Shown here piece by piece: positions 53,301 through 64,000 of a stretch of DNA of 64,000 nucleotides. The stretch lies in assembly GCA_001179505.1 (NCBI GenBank), contig CDMY01001019.1:62001-126000 (forward strand). The letters run 5' to 3'. The notes beneath the pieces were generated by a model. It saw only the letters and a list, made by a program, of their open reading frames with translations, was not told the origin of the DNA and did no database searches. Made by a program: the position numbers and the translations under genes. This DNA comes from Vitrella brassicaformis CCMP3155. Its lineage: Eukaryota; Protista; Chromerida. Position 1 is the first letter of the stretch; each line of letters begins with the position of its first letter.

Positions 53301-56300
53301 ATGAAGGAAGACAACAACACCATGTCGACAACGGAGAGCCCCATCAGTGACAGTCCCACCGCTGCATTGGCGGGCCGACTCAGGTCAGAGCCTCACATGA
53401 CATCCGTCTCAGGCGCCTGAGCTCGGAATGATGTGCTTCCCGAATCTTGTGCAGGCAACTCAAGAACGAGAATGCGATGCTGTTGGTAAGACCAAGTCGA
53501 AACTCTTCCTCAGGGACAGAGGGGCAGTAAGATCCCGTAATAGATGTCCTACTGTACCTGACGCATGTTATGCAGACCCGTGTCGAGGAAGCGGCGCTGA
53601 AGGAACGCGAAACAAGGGAAAGGGAAACAAGGGAAAGGGAGGCTCACGAGACGAAACTCCACAGGTGGGTGGGTGGGCAGGTCGGCACCTCAGCCGCATC
53701 ATGCTCGCACCGATACCCCTCCCCGGCCGTCTCGGCCCGTGACGGTGCAGGCTGAGTCAGGAACTCAGGACGGAGCGCCAGAAACGGGAGCGGGAACGGG
53801 AGGAACTCTACAACGGTACACACGGGCTACCAACGTCACACCCCGTCGTCCCCCCTTACACACCCTCCAGTCCCCTCCAGTTACTCACTCACTCTCTGTC
53901 CGTCTGTCTGTCTGTCTGGTGCGGTCTCCGCAGACAACCTCCGCTTGGACGACGAAGCGACACGTGCAGCAGCTGAGATCTCGAAGCTGCAGACAGCCAA
54001 CACGAAGGTAGAGAGGCACGCGAGGCGAGGGCCCAGCCAGTGGCTCGACCCCCCGGCATCTTAATCTTGTCTTTGGGTCGCTCCGCAGCTGGCGGCGGCC
54101 CTTCAAGCCGCGGAAAGGCGTATGAAGGATGAGATCGACATGGAAGACGCCGACATAGCGGTAAGCAGAGAAGGGAGCCTGCCTGACTGGCTGGCTGGCT
54201 GACCAACTGGTAGATTGGAGTCAACTCCTTTTCTTTGTTGTGCAGGAGCTGAAGATGATCGACGAAGCGCGACCTGCACAGATGGGAGGTAACCTAGAGG
54301 ACAGACAGACAGACAGACAGACAGACAGAGAGGCAAACAACGGATGCCGGTAACCCTCCCACGAGCCGTTTCCCCGTCTCCCTCCCACCCTCCCCGCCCC
54401 GCAGCAATGCGCGAAAGGATAACATCGCTACACAAAGAGCTGAAGAAGAGCGAGGAGGACGTGTTGAGGCTTCAGGCACTCACCAGCCAGCAGCAGGTAT
54501 ATAGACATTCGACCGCCACACACACAAAAACACGCATGTATGCCTGAACGCCACCTCACGCCATCCCTTGGGCTGCTGGTGCAGTCGTTGCTGGCCAAGT
54601 CAGAGGAGCAGCTAAGTGAACTTCGCCGCCTTGTGCAAGCAGAGACACAGGCACGAGAACTCGCGGTAAGGAGATGAGACAAAGGCGAACACGAGAGACA
54701 TGGCTTGCACATCCCTCCCGCTCCCTCCCTCCCTCCCTCTCTGGCACTCATTCAATGCCAAACGCCAGGAAGCGGCACTCTCAAGCAAGACCCGGCTTTC
54801 TGACGCCCTTCGGCTGCAGATTTCCCTGCCGGAGAAGCGACGGACGGACCGCCGCACACTGGCCAACGGGGCGTGCGTTGACAAGGCGGTGCAGACAGCC
54901 AAGGGGGACGGAAACATCTGGCTGACAAAAACACCACACCACTCGCACATAGCCCCTGCCGATGTGGCTCATTTGCCCGGCGCTGGTCAGTCAGTCAATG
55001 GATCGACATGTGGACGTCTGGTTGTGGGTGTCACTCGATGACTCGATGCCCTTGTTTATGTCTCTCTTGATGCAGGGGGTCAGAGGAAGAGAGTGAGGTC
55101 TCGCGGGCGAGCGGCACAGCTGGAGGGATCGAACCACTGGACATTTGAGAGCGTGCAAGGCCCCCGTCTCTTCTCAGGTCTCCTCCCGCAGCCCTCCGGA
55201 ACTCCGCCCCCCTCACCCCCCAAGTTCGACGAGTCCTTCCCCGTTCGCATCCCTCCCCCTCCGGGCACTCCCATCCGCCGCCGCCCTTCATCGGCCAAGG
55301 CCGCAGATGCAACCCCCGTGTGTCGACGAGCCAAGGACGCTCGCAAGGTCATCCGTCGCCAGGCAGGCCCTCGTACGCTCGGTGATCTTGCGAAGGAGAC
55401 GAGGCGTGCGGCATCGGTTGATGACGTGTTGTTGAGTTGTGGCGACGGGACGTCCTTTGGCGGGTTTGTGGAGATCCCCGGTGCTGGTGGTGCGCCCTCT
55501 GGGGGCCGGCGCGTGTCCGAAGGCGCGGTAGAGCCGAGGCGGCGTCTCTGTGCGGAGAACGAGATGCTGATGGTCGAATCGGAACTGCAAGCGGGGCAAG
55601 GAGAGGAGATCGGTCAATACGAGGAGACGATCGAGTGGCCGGTGGCGACATGGGAGGGAGGCCATGAGTGGGATCTGGAAGGTCTGCAACGCCTGCGCGA
55701 GCCAGCGCTGCGCGTGAGAGAGGAGGCGGAGACCCCATGGGTGGAGGAGCAAGCCAAGCACCCGACCAGGCAGGAGCAGCCAGCAGCACAGACTAACGGA
55801 CAGGGCCAGCAGGGGAGGCCCGACGTCACCATTAGCGCCTGGCCAGCGAATAACGAGACACAAGACACACCACAAACGGTCTACCCAACTCAGGCGCCAC
55901 ACACACACGAGGCATTCATGAGTGTGGGGTGTAGGTGTGCGGGACACTCGCCTGTCTGTCCGTCTGTCTGTCTGTCTGTCTGTCGTTCAGGCATGGACGC
56001 ATCGGCTGGTCAAGGAATGGCCATCGGTGCTCTACTCGACCGCAGGATGGTTGACGGCGGCGCATCTTTTGCGCAAAGAAGCCAGGTGCGCTCACCAAAC
56101 GGCGTCATGTCGGTTCCGGACCAGCTTTCCGAGCCCATGAAAGCTGCCGACCGATCGTACTTTGGTACGCGGCTGCAGTGACATGGATGGACACAGCCAT
56201 TCATCCATTCACTCACCTGTCTGTCCCCCCCTCCCCCCTTTGGTCAGCCACGAAAGCGCCAGGAAAGGTAGAGATGACGCGGGAGGCCAGGGCGAGAGAG

Positions 56301-57735
56301 ATAAGGCGTGAGATCGATCGCAAGTTTCGCAGCAATTCAGCATCTGCAGCAGGCGGCTTGGCCGCCAAGAGCACCACAGCCGCATCGGCCCCCCTCTCGG
56401 CCGACAGTGGCAGCGGCACCTCAGAGGACAAACAAGACGAGCATGAGATCAACTACCGGCCCCAACACGGTGTGCAGCCCACATGAGGGAAAACACTTAT
56501 GCTACCTACATGCCCACACTCGTGTGTCCCCCTGATCCACCAGAAATCGACAGAAATGCAGGCCAGAGCGGTCGGACGAACAGCGAGAATGCACAGCGGC
56601 AACATGTGTCTCCCTCGCGAGGCAGTGGCGGTGGTGGTAACGGTAATCGCATCTTTGCTTTCACACCTGGTGTTGACTTGAGAGGAGGTCCAATGGGCCG
56701 CTCGGCGGACGGCGTCATGTCCGTGCCAGCTGCACTGGGGACCAACATAGCCCTGCTGGAGGGCAACACCGTGGCCATGGGCAGACAGGGCGGACAAACC
56801 GCAGACACCGACCGTCCAAACGACCAGCTGGCACGCGCAAGGGTAACACACTCATACACACACGCACAGAGAGAGAGAGAGAGAGAGTTCTCATCATATG
56901 CCACTCATCCTCATGTGTTGGTTGCATTGGTTGGCATCAGCGGTCTTGGCAGGAGAATGAGTATACTCATGACAGCCTGAGGGCGCGGCTCGAGGAGTTG
57001 GAGCTGTCAGAGCAAATGATGGCGCGAGAAAGGTACGGTGGTGCCTGTTGTGCACTCACTGCACTGCCTCCAGTGGTCACGTATCGTTTGTGTTATGCTG
57101 TGATGGACATACATCCCTGCAGGGCCATGATAGAGCGGAAGGGCTTCGCCCTCGTGCTGGACATCGAGAGACACCCCCACCAACCCAAAACACCCACACG
57201 CAGACTCTCAAACTTAGCCGGTACGCTCGCCACACATAGCACATCCATCCATCCATCCATCCATGCCTACACACTGATGGGCGCTGCAGGCAAGAACACG
57301 ACGACAGCGCAGGAGACATCAACTGTTCCACAGAATGAGCTCTTGGCAGTGCTGCACAACATCGAATCGCCTCCGATGATCGGCCTGCCTTTCGGCCATC
57401 ACGATAGTCACGGGGCCCCCCAGACACTGACACAGCACCGCTACCAGCAGCAGTACAGCCAGACACCCAAGCGTGTCCCCGACATGCATCGCATTGCCCA
57501 GCTGGCACGGCCCAAGAAGCAAGCCATCATCCTCCAAAGGGACCCTGTAGTGGCGACGAGGGGCATTGTCCGCCCCGACGACCTGATGCGACGGCTGGCT
57601 GTCCACGACAAGGCCGTGTCCATACCATACGGGAAAATAAGGCCGTGTCCGAGGGCCCCCGTTCCGTCGCCCGAAAGACAGCGGGTGCCCACGACACCCA
57701 CCAAGACCAATGGCCGGCGAGTCACCTACATGTAA
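53301..57735 (+). CDS. Large hypothetical coiled-coil/low-complexity protein, multi-exon (possibly more than one gene)
   Basis: Charged coiled-coil exons (ALKERETRERETRE; RITSLHKELKKSEEDVLRLQAL; REIRREIDRKF), a large exon at 55093-56181 and a terminal exon ending at 57735. No domain recognised. Confidence 0.5.
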
Positions 57736-58229
57736 CCATGGCCGGACTGCATGCGAAAATGGATGGGGTGGAGTGGACACGATGATGGATGGATGGATGG
57801 ACCAGGGTGGGTGGCGGCCGGTCGGTGTGATTTGGGACGGATTGTGCGTTTTGCAATGATTTGATTGCAATGAAGAACAGAAAATGGACCATTCACTTGA
57901 CGCGGCAACAGTGTCGGTTCGTTTGGAGATAGGTTCATCTGGCGTGTCGCTTCCCCTGTCTGTCTCGGTTGTCGTCGTTGTCGTCATCCTCACAGCGCCG
58001 CCTCGGTTCTGGCCAGGACCATGCTCAACTTGTTGCTCAACTTGTCTTTCAGGCACGGCTGCAGTGCAGCTTCACTTGGCTGCCCTGCCACTTGTCATTC
58101 ATCTCATCTATCACTAGCGTCACAGTGGCACATGTACACTTCTAGATCCCTCCGCCCGTCGAATGCATTCATCACACCCTCGAAGCACCTGCACACATGC
58201 GACACACATGGGTAAGTAAGACAGACGGA

Positions 58230-59573
58230 CTAGCTACCTTTGAGCATTGGTCGGTGTCTGGTGTTGCGGCCGCTCATCTTCTTCTGGCCCACCAGCACAT
58301 TCGGGACGTACCCACTCGCCCTGAACACACCACAAAACACACAGACAGAACAGACATCCAGCGCCATTTCGCCTGCGAGTGTGTGGCATACGCACATATA
58401 TGAGAAGAGAGGCTCGGCGGCAATGCTCTTGGGGTCGAAGAGTGATCCGTAATTGGACTTTAGCTGCTGCAGCTGTGTGGCCATGTCAGGGTCATCTTGC
58501 TCATCGACCGGCTGCCACTGATTCTGCAGCACGATCCCGCCAGGCTTGAGAGAGCGCTCAACCTGAGACAACATTGGATGGACGATGACATGATGTGTTC
58601 TCTATTGAGCTTGCTCCGTGTCCCACCAGGCCGAGGAACTCAATGTTTCTGCATTGATCTGGCACATGGTTGTCTCGCTCGAAGCAGTCCACGATGACAG
58701 CATCGTACACCTGTACGTGTAGCAAGAGACACAAGAAGCTTCGTCCATCCATCCATCCATCTGTCCCTGCCTGGTTGTTTGTGTCTCTCAGGGCGTCGAC
58801 GCCTGTCTTGACATGGATGGTGCCGCCGGGCGACGGCATCAGGCCGTAAAAGTGCTTCGCCACCGACACAACCCCTGCACACCAGACACACGGAAAGACA
58901 CGTATGGCGGGAGCCGGAAGAGGGGGTTTATCTTACTGTCATCTGGCTCGACAGCATCGACGGTTAGGGATTTGCCGGCACAATCGATGCCAGACAGCGA
59001 CGAGTACAGCGCTGCATGCCATGCCACACAAACCAAGACAGGGATGCGGATCTATATATATGCAATCAATGTCTCCCTCTTCTCTCTTGCTTACCTCCAC
59101 CGCCCAGTCCGATCACCATGACTCGTGGCTCGCCGTCCTCTGGCGTGCGTGTGTTGCAGTGTTTTCTCACGAGTTCATACATCCGCTGATACAGCAGATT
59201 GGGCGGCGGCGAGTCGGCTGCTGCACCACACACATAGACAGAGACATAAAGAGGCCGCACTCACTCTGTGCCATGCTGTGTGCTTACGGATTGTGCATTG
59301 GCATTCTTTGGCACATCCGTCGGCCTGCTGGTCGCTGCCGATCTGACATGAGTTGAGGTCGAAGTCGCCCTCACACCTCACTGCTGTCTGCACGCCTGTT
59401 GCCGGCAGGAATGAAAGAAATCGCTCGTTCGTGTCTGTGTCTGCCTGGACCAGCACGGGGTATGGTTGTGTCTTGATGGTGCAGATGTCGACCACAGACC
59501 CGTGAGTGGCCGTCAGGGCGAAGGCGAGCAGAGAGAGAGACAAGGCGAGAGGCGACATGACCGACGAGCTCAT
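58230..59573 (-). CDS. Signal peptide + spermidine-synthase-fold class I SAM-dependent transferase
   Basis: Leader MSSSVMSPLALSLSLLAFALTATHG, then RVMVIGLGGG, VDAVEPD, VVSVAKHFYGL, VKTGVDAL, YDAVIVDCF and SLKPGGIVLQN. Confidence 0.75.
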
Positions 59574-59816
59574 ATGGTGCAGAGCAGGGCGTGGCGGGCA
59601 AGCAGGTGGAATGGGCAGGAGAGGGCGGGTTTTGCTAGAGCGGGGGCCTTTCCACCCTCGTTGATTGCAGGGGGTGGGTGGGCGTACATGGGTAGGTAGC
59701 GAATGCTTTGATCGTTGCTGTCAATAGTTTAGATGCGGATATGTAATCCACTGTCCCAGCGCATGGACACACGGACAATCTTACCATTAACCACCACCGA
59801 GACGCCCCCCCCCCCC

Positions 59817-60116
59817 NNNNNNNNNNNNNNNNNNNNNNNNNNNNNNNNNNNNNNNNNNNNNNNNNNNNNNNNNNNNNNNNNNNNNNNNNNNNNNNNNNNN
59901 NNNNNNNNNNNNNNNNNNNNNNNNNNNNNNNNNNNNNNNNNNNNNNNNNNNNNNNNNNNNNNNNNNNNNNNNNNNNNNNNNNNNNNNNNNNNNNNNNNNN
60001 NNNNNNNNNNNNNNNNNNNNNNNNNNNNNNNNNNNNNNNNNNNNNNNNNNNNNNNNNNNNNNNNNNNNNNNNNNNNNNNNNNNNNNNNNNNNNNNNNNNN
60101 NNNNNNNNNNNNNNNN
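59817..60116. other. Assembly gap (300 N) flanked by poly-C
   Basis: Run of N between C homopolymers. Confidence 1.
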
Positions 60117-60219
60117 CCCCCCCCCCCCCCCCCTTGAGCCCTGCGTCACTGCACACTGTCTCCATCGACTCCAGTCAGCCAACTGTCGTTGAGAGTCACG
60201 TGATCCTCAAAGTTTCACG

Positions 60220-61360
60220 ATGGTTACGGCCATTCGCGCTTCGCTGGTCGCTCTCTTCGTCTTGTCTGCGGCGGCGGGCAGCATTAGCAGCCCCAAGGAT
60301 GGCAGCGGCAGCAATGCCACGGTAAGCCTTTTGCAATGGACACTTAAGCACGTGTGGTAGTAGTAATGTAACGTACATCCATCCGTGTGCTGCATGAATT
60401 CGCCGACCTCGCGTGCATGTGTGCATCCTTTGCGCACCGGTGCAGGTTCTGGGTCGGTCCGTGGAAGTGTCCGTGGATGGCCCAACTGATGGCCCCGTCG
60501 TCAATGCCCCCGTCGTCACCATTGACGACCTTGAGGACTGGGAAGACATGGAGGAAATCAAACCCGAGGAGCTGAATTGCGTCGTCATTCCCTCTGAGAG
60601 CGACGTGCTTAAAGCCGTCCCCGTCATCGAGGGTGAGTGAGTACTTTAGACACGCTTTTGACGCACACGTTTGCAACATTTGTATGCGCGTAGAGATTGG
60701 GAAACCCCAGGACCTCAAGCCCGTCCACTTGAAAAAGACAAAGAGCGGGTTCCTGGCAGGCATCAAGTGGTTCGGGCACAAGCTGCTGGCGCCCAAAAAG
60801 AAGATCTGCCGCGAAGCCAAGAAACGGGCGTGCAAGGTCTCCACTGCAACCTCCTCTTGCGTGCAGATGAGGTTCTTTGTCCGGTGTTCACGCGTGTGCG
60901 GGTGTGTCGTGTGTATACGTCAGAGGCTGCTAAAGGACCCCGCCAAAGTGAAAGAGCTTGAGGAGCAACTGAAGAAAATCACCGGTGCCGACGACCTCGA
61001 GGTGCAGTCCATGACAGCACCCAACCAGGAGGAGCCCTGCAAGCTGCTTTTGAGCGTGTCAACCAGGCATGAGGAGCTGGCCAGCAAGTACATACTCGAT
61101 AACTTACCACCACACATACGCGCGCATCATGTACGTATGCACCTGCTTCTTCGTTCACAGAGCGGCTCGGATCCAAGCAGAGTGGTGCCCCCTCTTTCAC
61201 CCAGACGCACGGGCATCTTCCCCTCCACTTCGACGGAAACGCCACACACATCACCACCACATCCACGGGGTTCGAAATCCTGCTCGCCATCGGAATCGTG
61301 ATCCTCATCTGTCTGATCTTCGGGGGTTGGAAGGAAGATGAGGGGAAATTTGTTTAGTGA
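60220..61360 (+). CDS. Hypothetical secreted/single-pass membrane protein
   Basis: Signal peptide MVTAIRASLVALFVLSAAAG and phase-0 splicing to an acidic exon. The probable C-terminal TM is FEILLAIGIVILICLIFGGW. The end is approximate. Confidence 0.5.
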
Positions 61361-62570
61361 GACAAGGAAGACTCCAGACAAGCATCGACTCGACGAGCAA
61401 TACGGGATGCGCATGCGCACGCGTGTGTGTGTGTGTGTTTCTTTTTTTTCCGTCGTTTCTTTTTTTCTGCGGTGTCGCCTCGTCTCTGCCTGACGTGTGT
61501 GGGGTTCTGTTTGTCTGACAGGAGGACAAAATCGTTGCAAAGATGAACGAAGAGACGCAGATTTGGCACGAGAGGAAGAAATCACGGATCCAAACTCCCC
61601 CGCCCCGCCAGACAAGATGGGATCGACATCATTTATACACGACAACACACACAGCCAACACATATCAAGGCGACACCCATCAAGCCAACACACTAAGAGC
61701 TGAGCCAGTCCGTCGACTCACTTGAATGCCGCTGCGGTCAGCCTCCCTACTCGAGAAGCTAGCTGACCTGCTCGATGGCGAAAACACCAACGTGCTCATC
61801 ATTGCAGTTTGAGTGAGCATATTACCATTCTACTGCGTGTAGACAGAGGGTGCGCACGTTGGCGACATACAGACGCCGCCCCTTATTATCCTAATGGGTG
61901 CAGACAGAGAGACAGACAGGCAGACAGACAGACAGACAGAAAAGGAAGGGAAAAGAGTCTGTCTTTCTCTCATAAATGAATTGAACTACTTGGCCCATGA
62001 CTGATGTGTGTCGTGTCACGGTGTCCCGTCCGCCCCCATCCCCCATGTGACTGGCACGAATGCGCGTGTGCCTGTTGATCTGTCACTGAAAGCAGCTCGC
62101 TGCTTTCGAGCACACTGACTGACCAGTCGACACCCACACACAGGACAAACGAGTCGCAACGATACACGACACAACACAACAGAACAGAACACGACGCTTC
62201 ACGACATGTACGTACAAACACGTCCCTCTCCCTCTCTCTGCAGGCAAGCAGGCAGTCGTGCGTGTCATGCACAGAAGACCACAGGCAATACACACGCACG
62301 AAAAAATACATTGAGACACCATGCACCAAAAATACGGTGTCTGGTAACACTGCCAACACTGTCACGTACGTAAGAGCTAGAGCACATAGGTACCAGACTA
62401 TGCTATGCTGGTGGGGCTGCAGGAGTGATGTGTATGTGCATGTGCATCTGTATGTCTGTGTCTGCTAGATAGATGTGCGTCTCCGCTATCATATCCACTA
62501 TCGGAATGCCTTTCACAATTGGCCTTTCATCTATCTATCTTGGTGCAGTGATCTGTGTGTCTGTCTCTGT

Positions 62571-62719
62571 GCGTTTCTGTCTGCCTGCTGTCTTGCCTTG
62601 ACGTACCTCTCGTCTCAGTGTCTTGCGGCATTTTTGGCGCGATGTACGAGGGGATTTTTTCAAGGACGCACGGCGTTTCTGTCTGCCTGCTGTCTTGCCT
62701 TGACGTACCTCTCGTCTCA
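62571..62719. repeat. Perfect 47-bp direct repeat x2 with a 55-bp spacer
   Basis: GCGTTTCTGTCTGCCTGCTGTCTTGCCTTGACGTACCTCTCGTCTCA occurs at 62571-62617 and 62673-62719. Confidence 0.95.
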
Positions 62720-63317
62720 AATGTGACTGACTGATTTGCATGGCAATCAATTTGTGTTTATTCATTGGCTGGACTGCAATGAACGAGTGACTGTGGCTGC
62801 CTGTGTGTGTGTCTCTCTTAGAACTGCCCTGCGCATACTGAAACTGTCTGTGTGTGTGTGTGTGTGAATGCCTGCCTGGTTCTGGATGACTTAAAGAAAG
62901 ACAGACAGCTGCAGCTGCACAGCTGAACGAATGTATGTGTGATGGATTGAGTGATGCATGCGGGGATTTATTGGAAAAGAAAAGGATGGATCTGTCCATG
63001 CGGCCTCCCGGCAGACAGTGACACTCAATCTTTTCTATTCAATTATTGCCCGTCAAATCTCTGAAATTGCTCTGGGACTTTGAAACCCCCACAGGCGATT
63101 TACCTCGAACCCTTATGCGAGCTTATGGCGAGCATAAGGGTTCAAGGTACGAGCGCCTTTATATACAACGACCGACGGCGGGCAGAGACTTGACAACACA
63201 AAGAGGGCACTTGTGGCCGATTCGGTCACTTGCAGGTCCAGCACGCACACACCGCCCACACACACCCACGGAAGAAATGCACACACACAACCAGCCAACC
63301 AGCCAACCGTCCCTCTC

Positions 63318-64000
63318 ATGTCTTGACGAGCTTGACGAGTAGGAAGTCGACGAAAGCCGAGTACCAACATGACACTGAGGCCGCAGACACACACACGAGC
63401 AGGGCTTCTTGTTGCTGTTGTACCTTCATTCACTCACTGCCTCCGGTCGTGTGGTGTCGTGTGGCTGTCTGTCACCTTTACTGACGCTCTGCACTGTCCA
63501 AAGGCCCTCGTCGCGCATCTTGGCTTCGAACCTCCCCAGCTCAAAGGGCTCACCCAGATAATAAACGTACTTGCTGAACAGCTAGACACACGCAGATAGA
63601 CAGACAACACCGCACACACAATCCATCCATCCAGCTTTGTGTGTATCGCCCACATCGCCCACGTGTCTACCCCTCTGACGCCTCTGGCGACTCTCGGGAG
63701 CAGTCGGTCGGTGTAGGCGGCATTGCACACGATCAGCGGCGCCTCCCTCTTGATCCACGGTGCCCTTCCCAGGGCCTCGAAGATGTCACCGGGCAGTAGC
63801 ACGATGGTCGTCACTATCAGCACCGCATCGAAAGACGTCCCTTCGGGCGGTGACCAACTGAGAATGTCCCCCTGGACCGCCCGAATGTTGTCAGCAAGAC
63901 CGGCAGCGGCACAGCGCTCTCGCAGCCTCTCAAGCGCAGCCTGCAGCGGAGAAACACACACGCAACAGACAGACAAGTCATTCATTGATCGGTGTCTGGT
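63318..64000 (-). CDS. Class I SAM-dependent methyltransferase, 5' part outside the window
   Basis: ALERLRERCAAAGLADNIRAVQGDILSW...SFDAVLIV matches motifs II-IV of class I methyltransferases. Downstream exons read YYLGEPFELGRFEAKM and WYSAFVDFLLVKL. Confidence 0.65.

Noticed and set aside
62571-62719. CRISPR-like repeat-spacer-repeat
   Set aside because: Only two units, eukaryotic context, no cas genes and no palindromic repeat.

Overview
This is eukaryotic, GC-rich, intron-dense nuclear DNA with microsatellite-filled introns and bipartite plastid-type presequences. It most likely comes from a chromerid alveolate such as Vitrella brassicaformis (inferred from style only). Recognisable genes: TDP1 (partial), an AFG1/ZapE ATPase with an EF-hand-like insert, kinesin-13, a plastid-type CGL160/AtpI protein fused to a degenerate guanylate-kinase domain, a DHHC palmitoyltransferase, a BSD protein, two helical-repeat (HPR/FASTK-like) organellar proteins, TM9SF/EMP70, a group II PLP decarboxylase, a signal-peptide-bearing spermidine-synthase-fold methyltransferase and a partial SAM methyltransferase. 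The 2.9-11.1 kb stretch looks accessory and decaying. It holds a frameshifted lineage-specific gene, a frameshifted Crinkler/RHS-like NTPase-REase gene with a leader peptide, and a gene with an in-frame stop whose intron carries a TA-flanked TIR element. There are two 300-N gaps. I saw no rRNA, tRNA or CRISPR array. The most notable signals are complementary 5' AC-rich and 3' GT-rich tracts in many introns, the CGL160-pseudo-GK fusion and the leader-bearing CRN-like gene. All exon models were assembled by eye and gene ends are approximate. Family assignments come from remembered motifs, not database searches.
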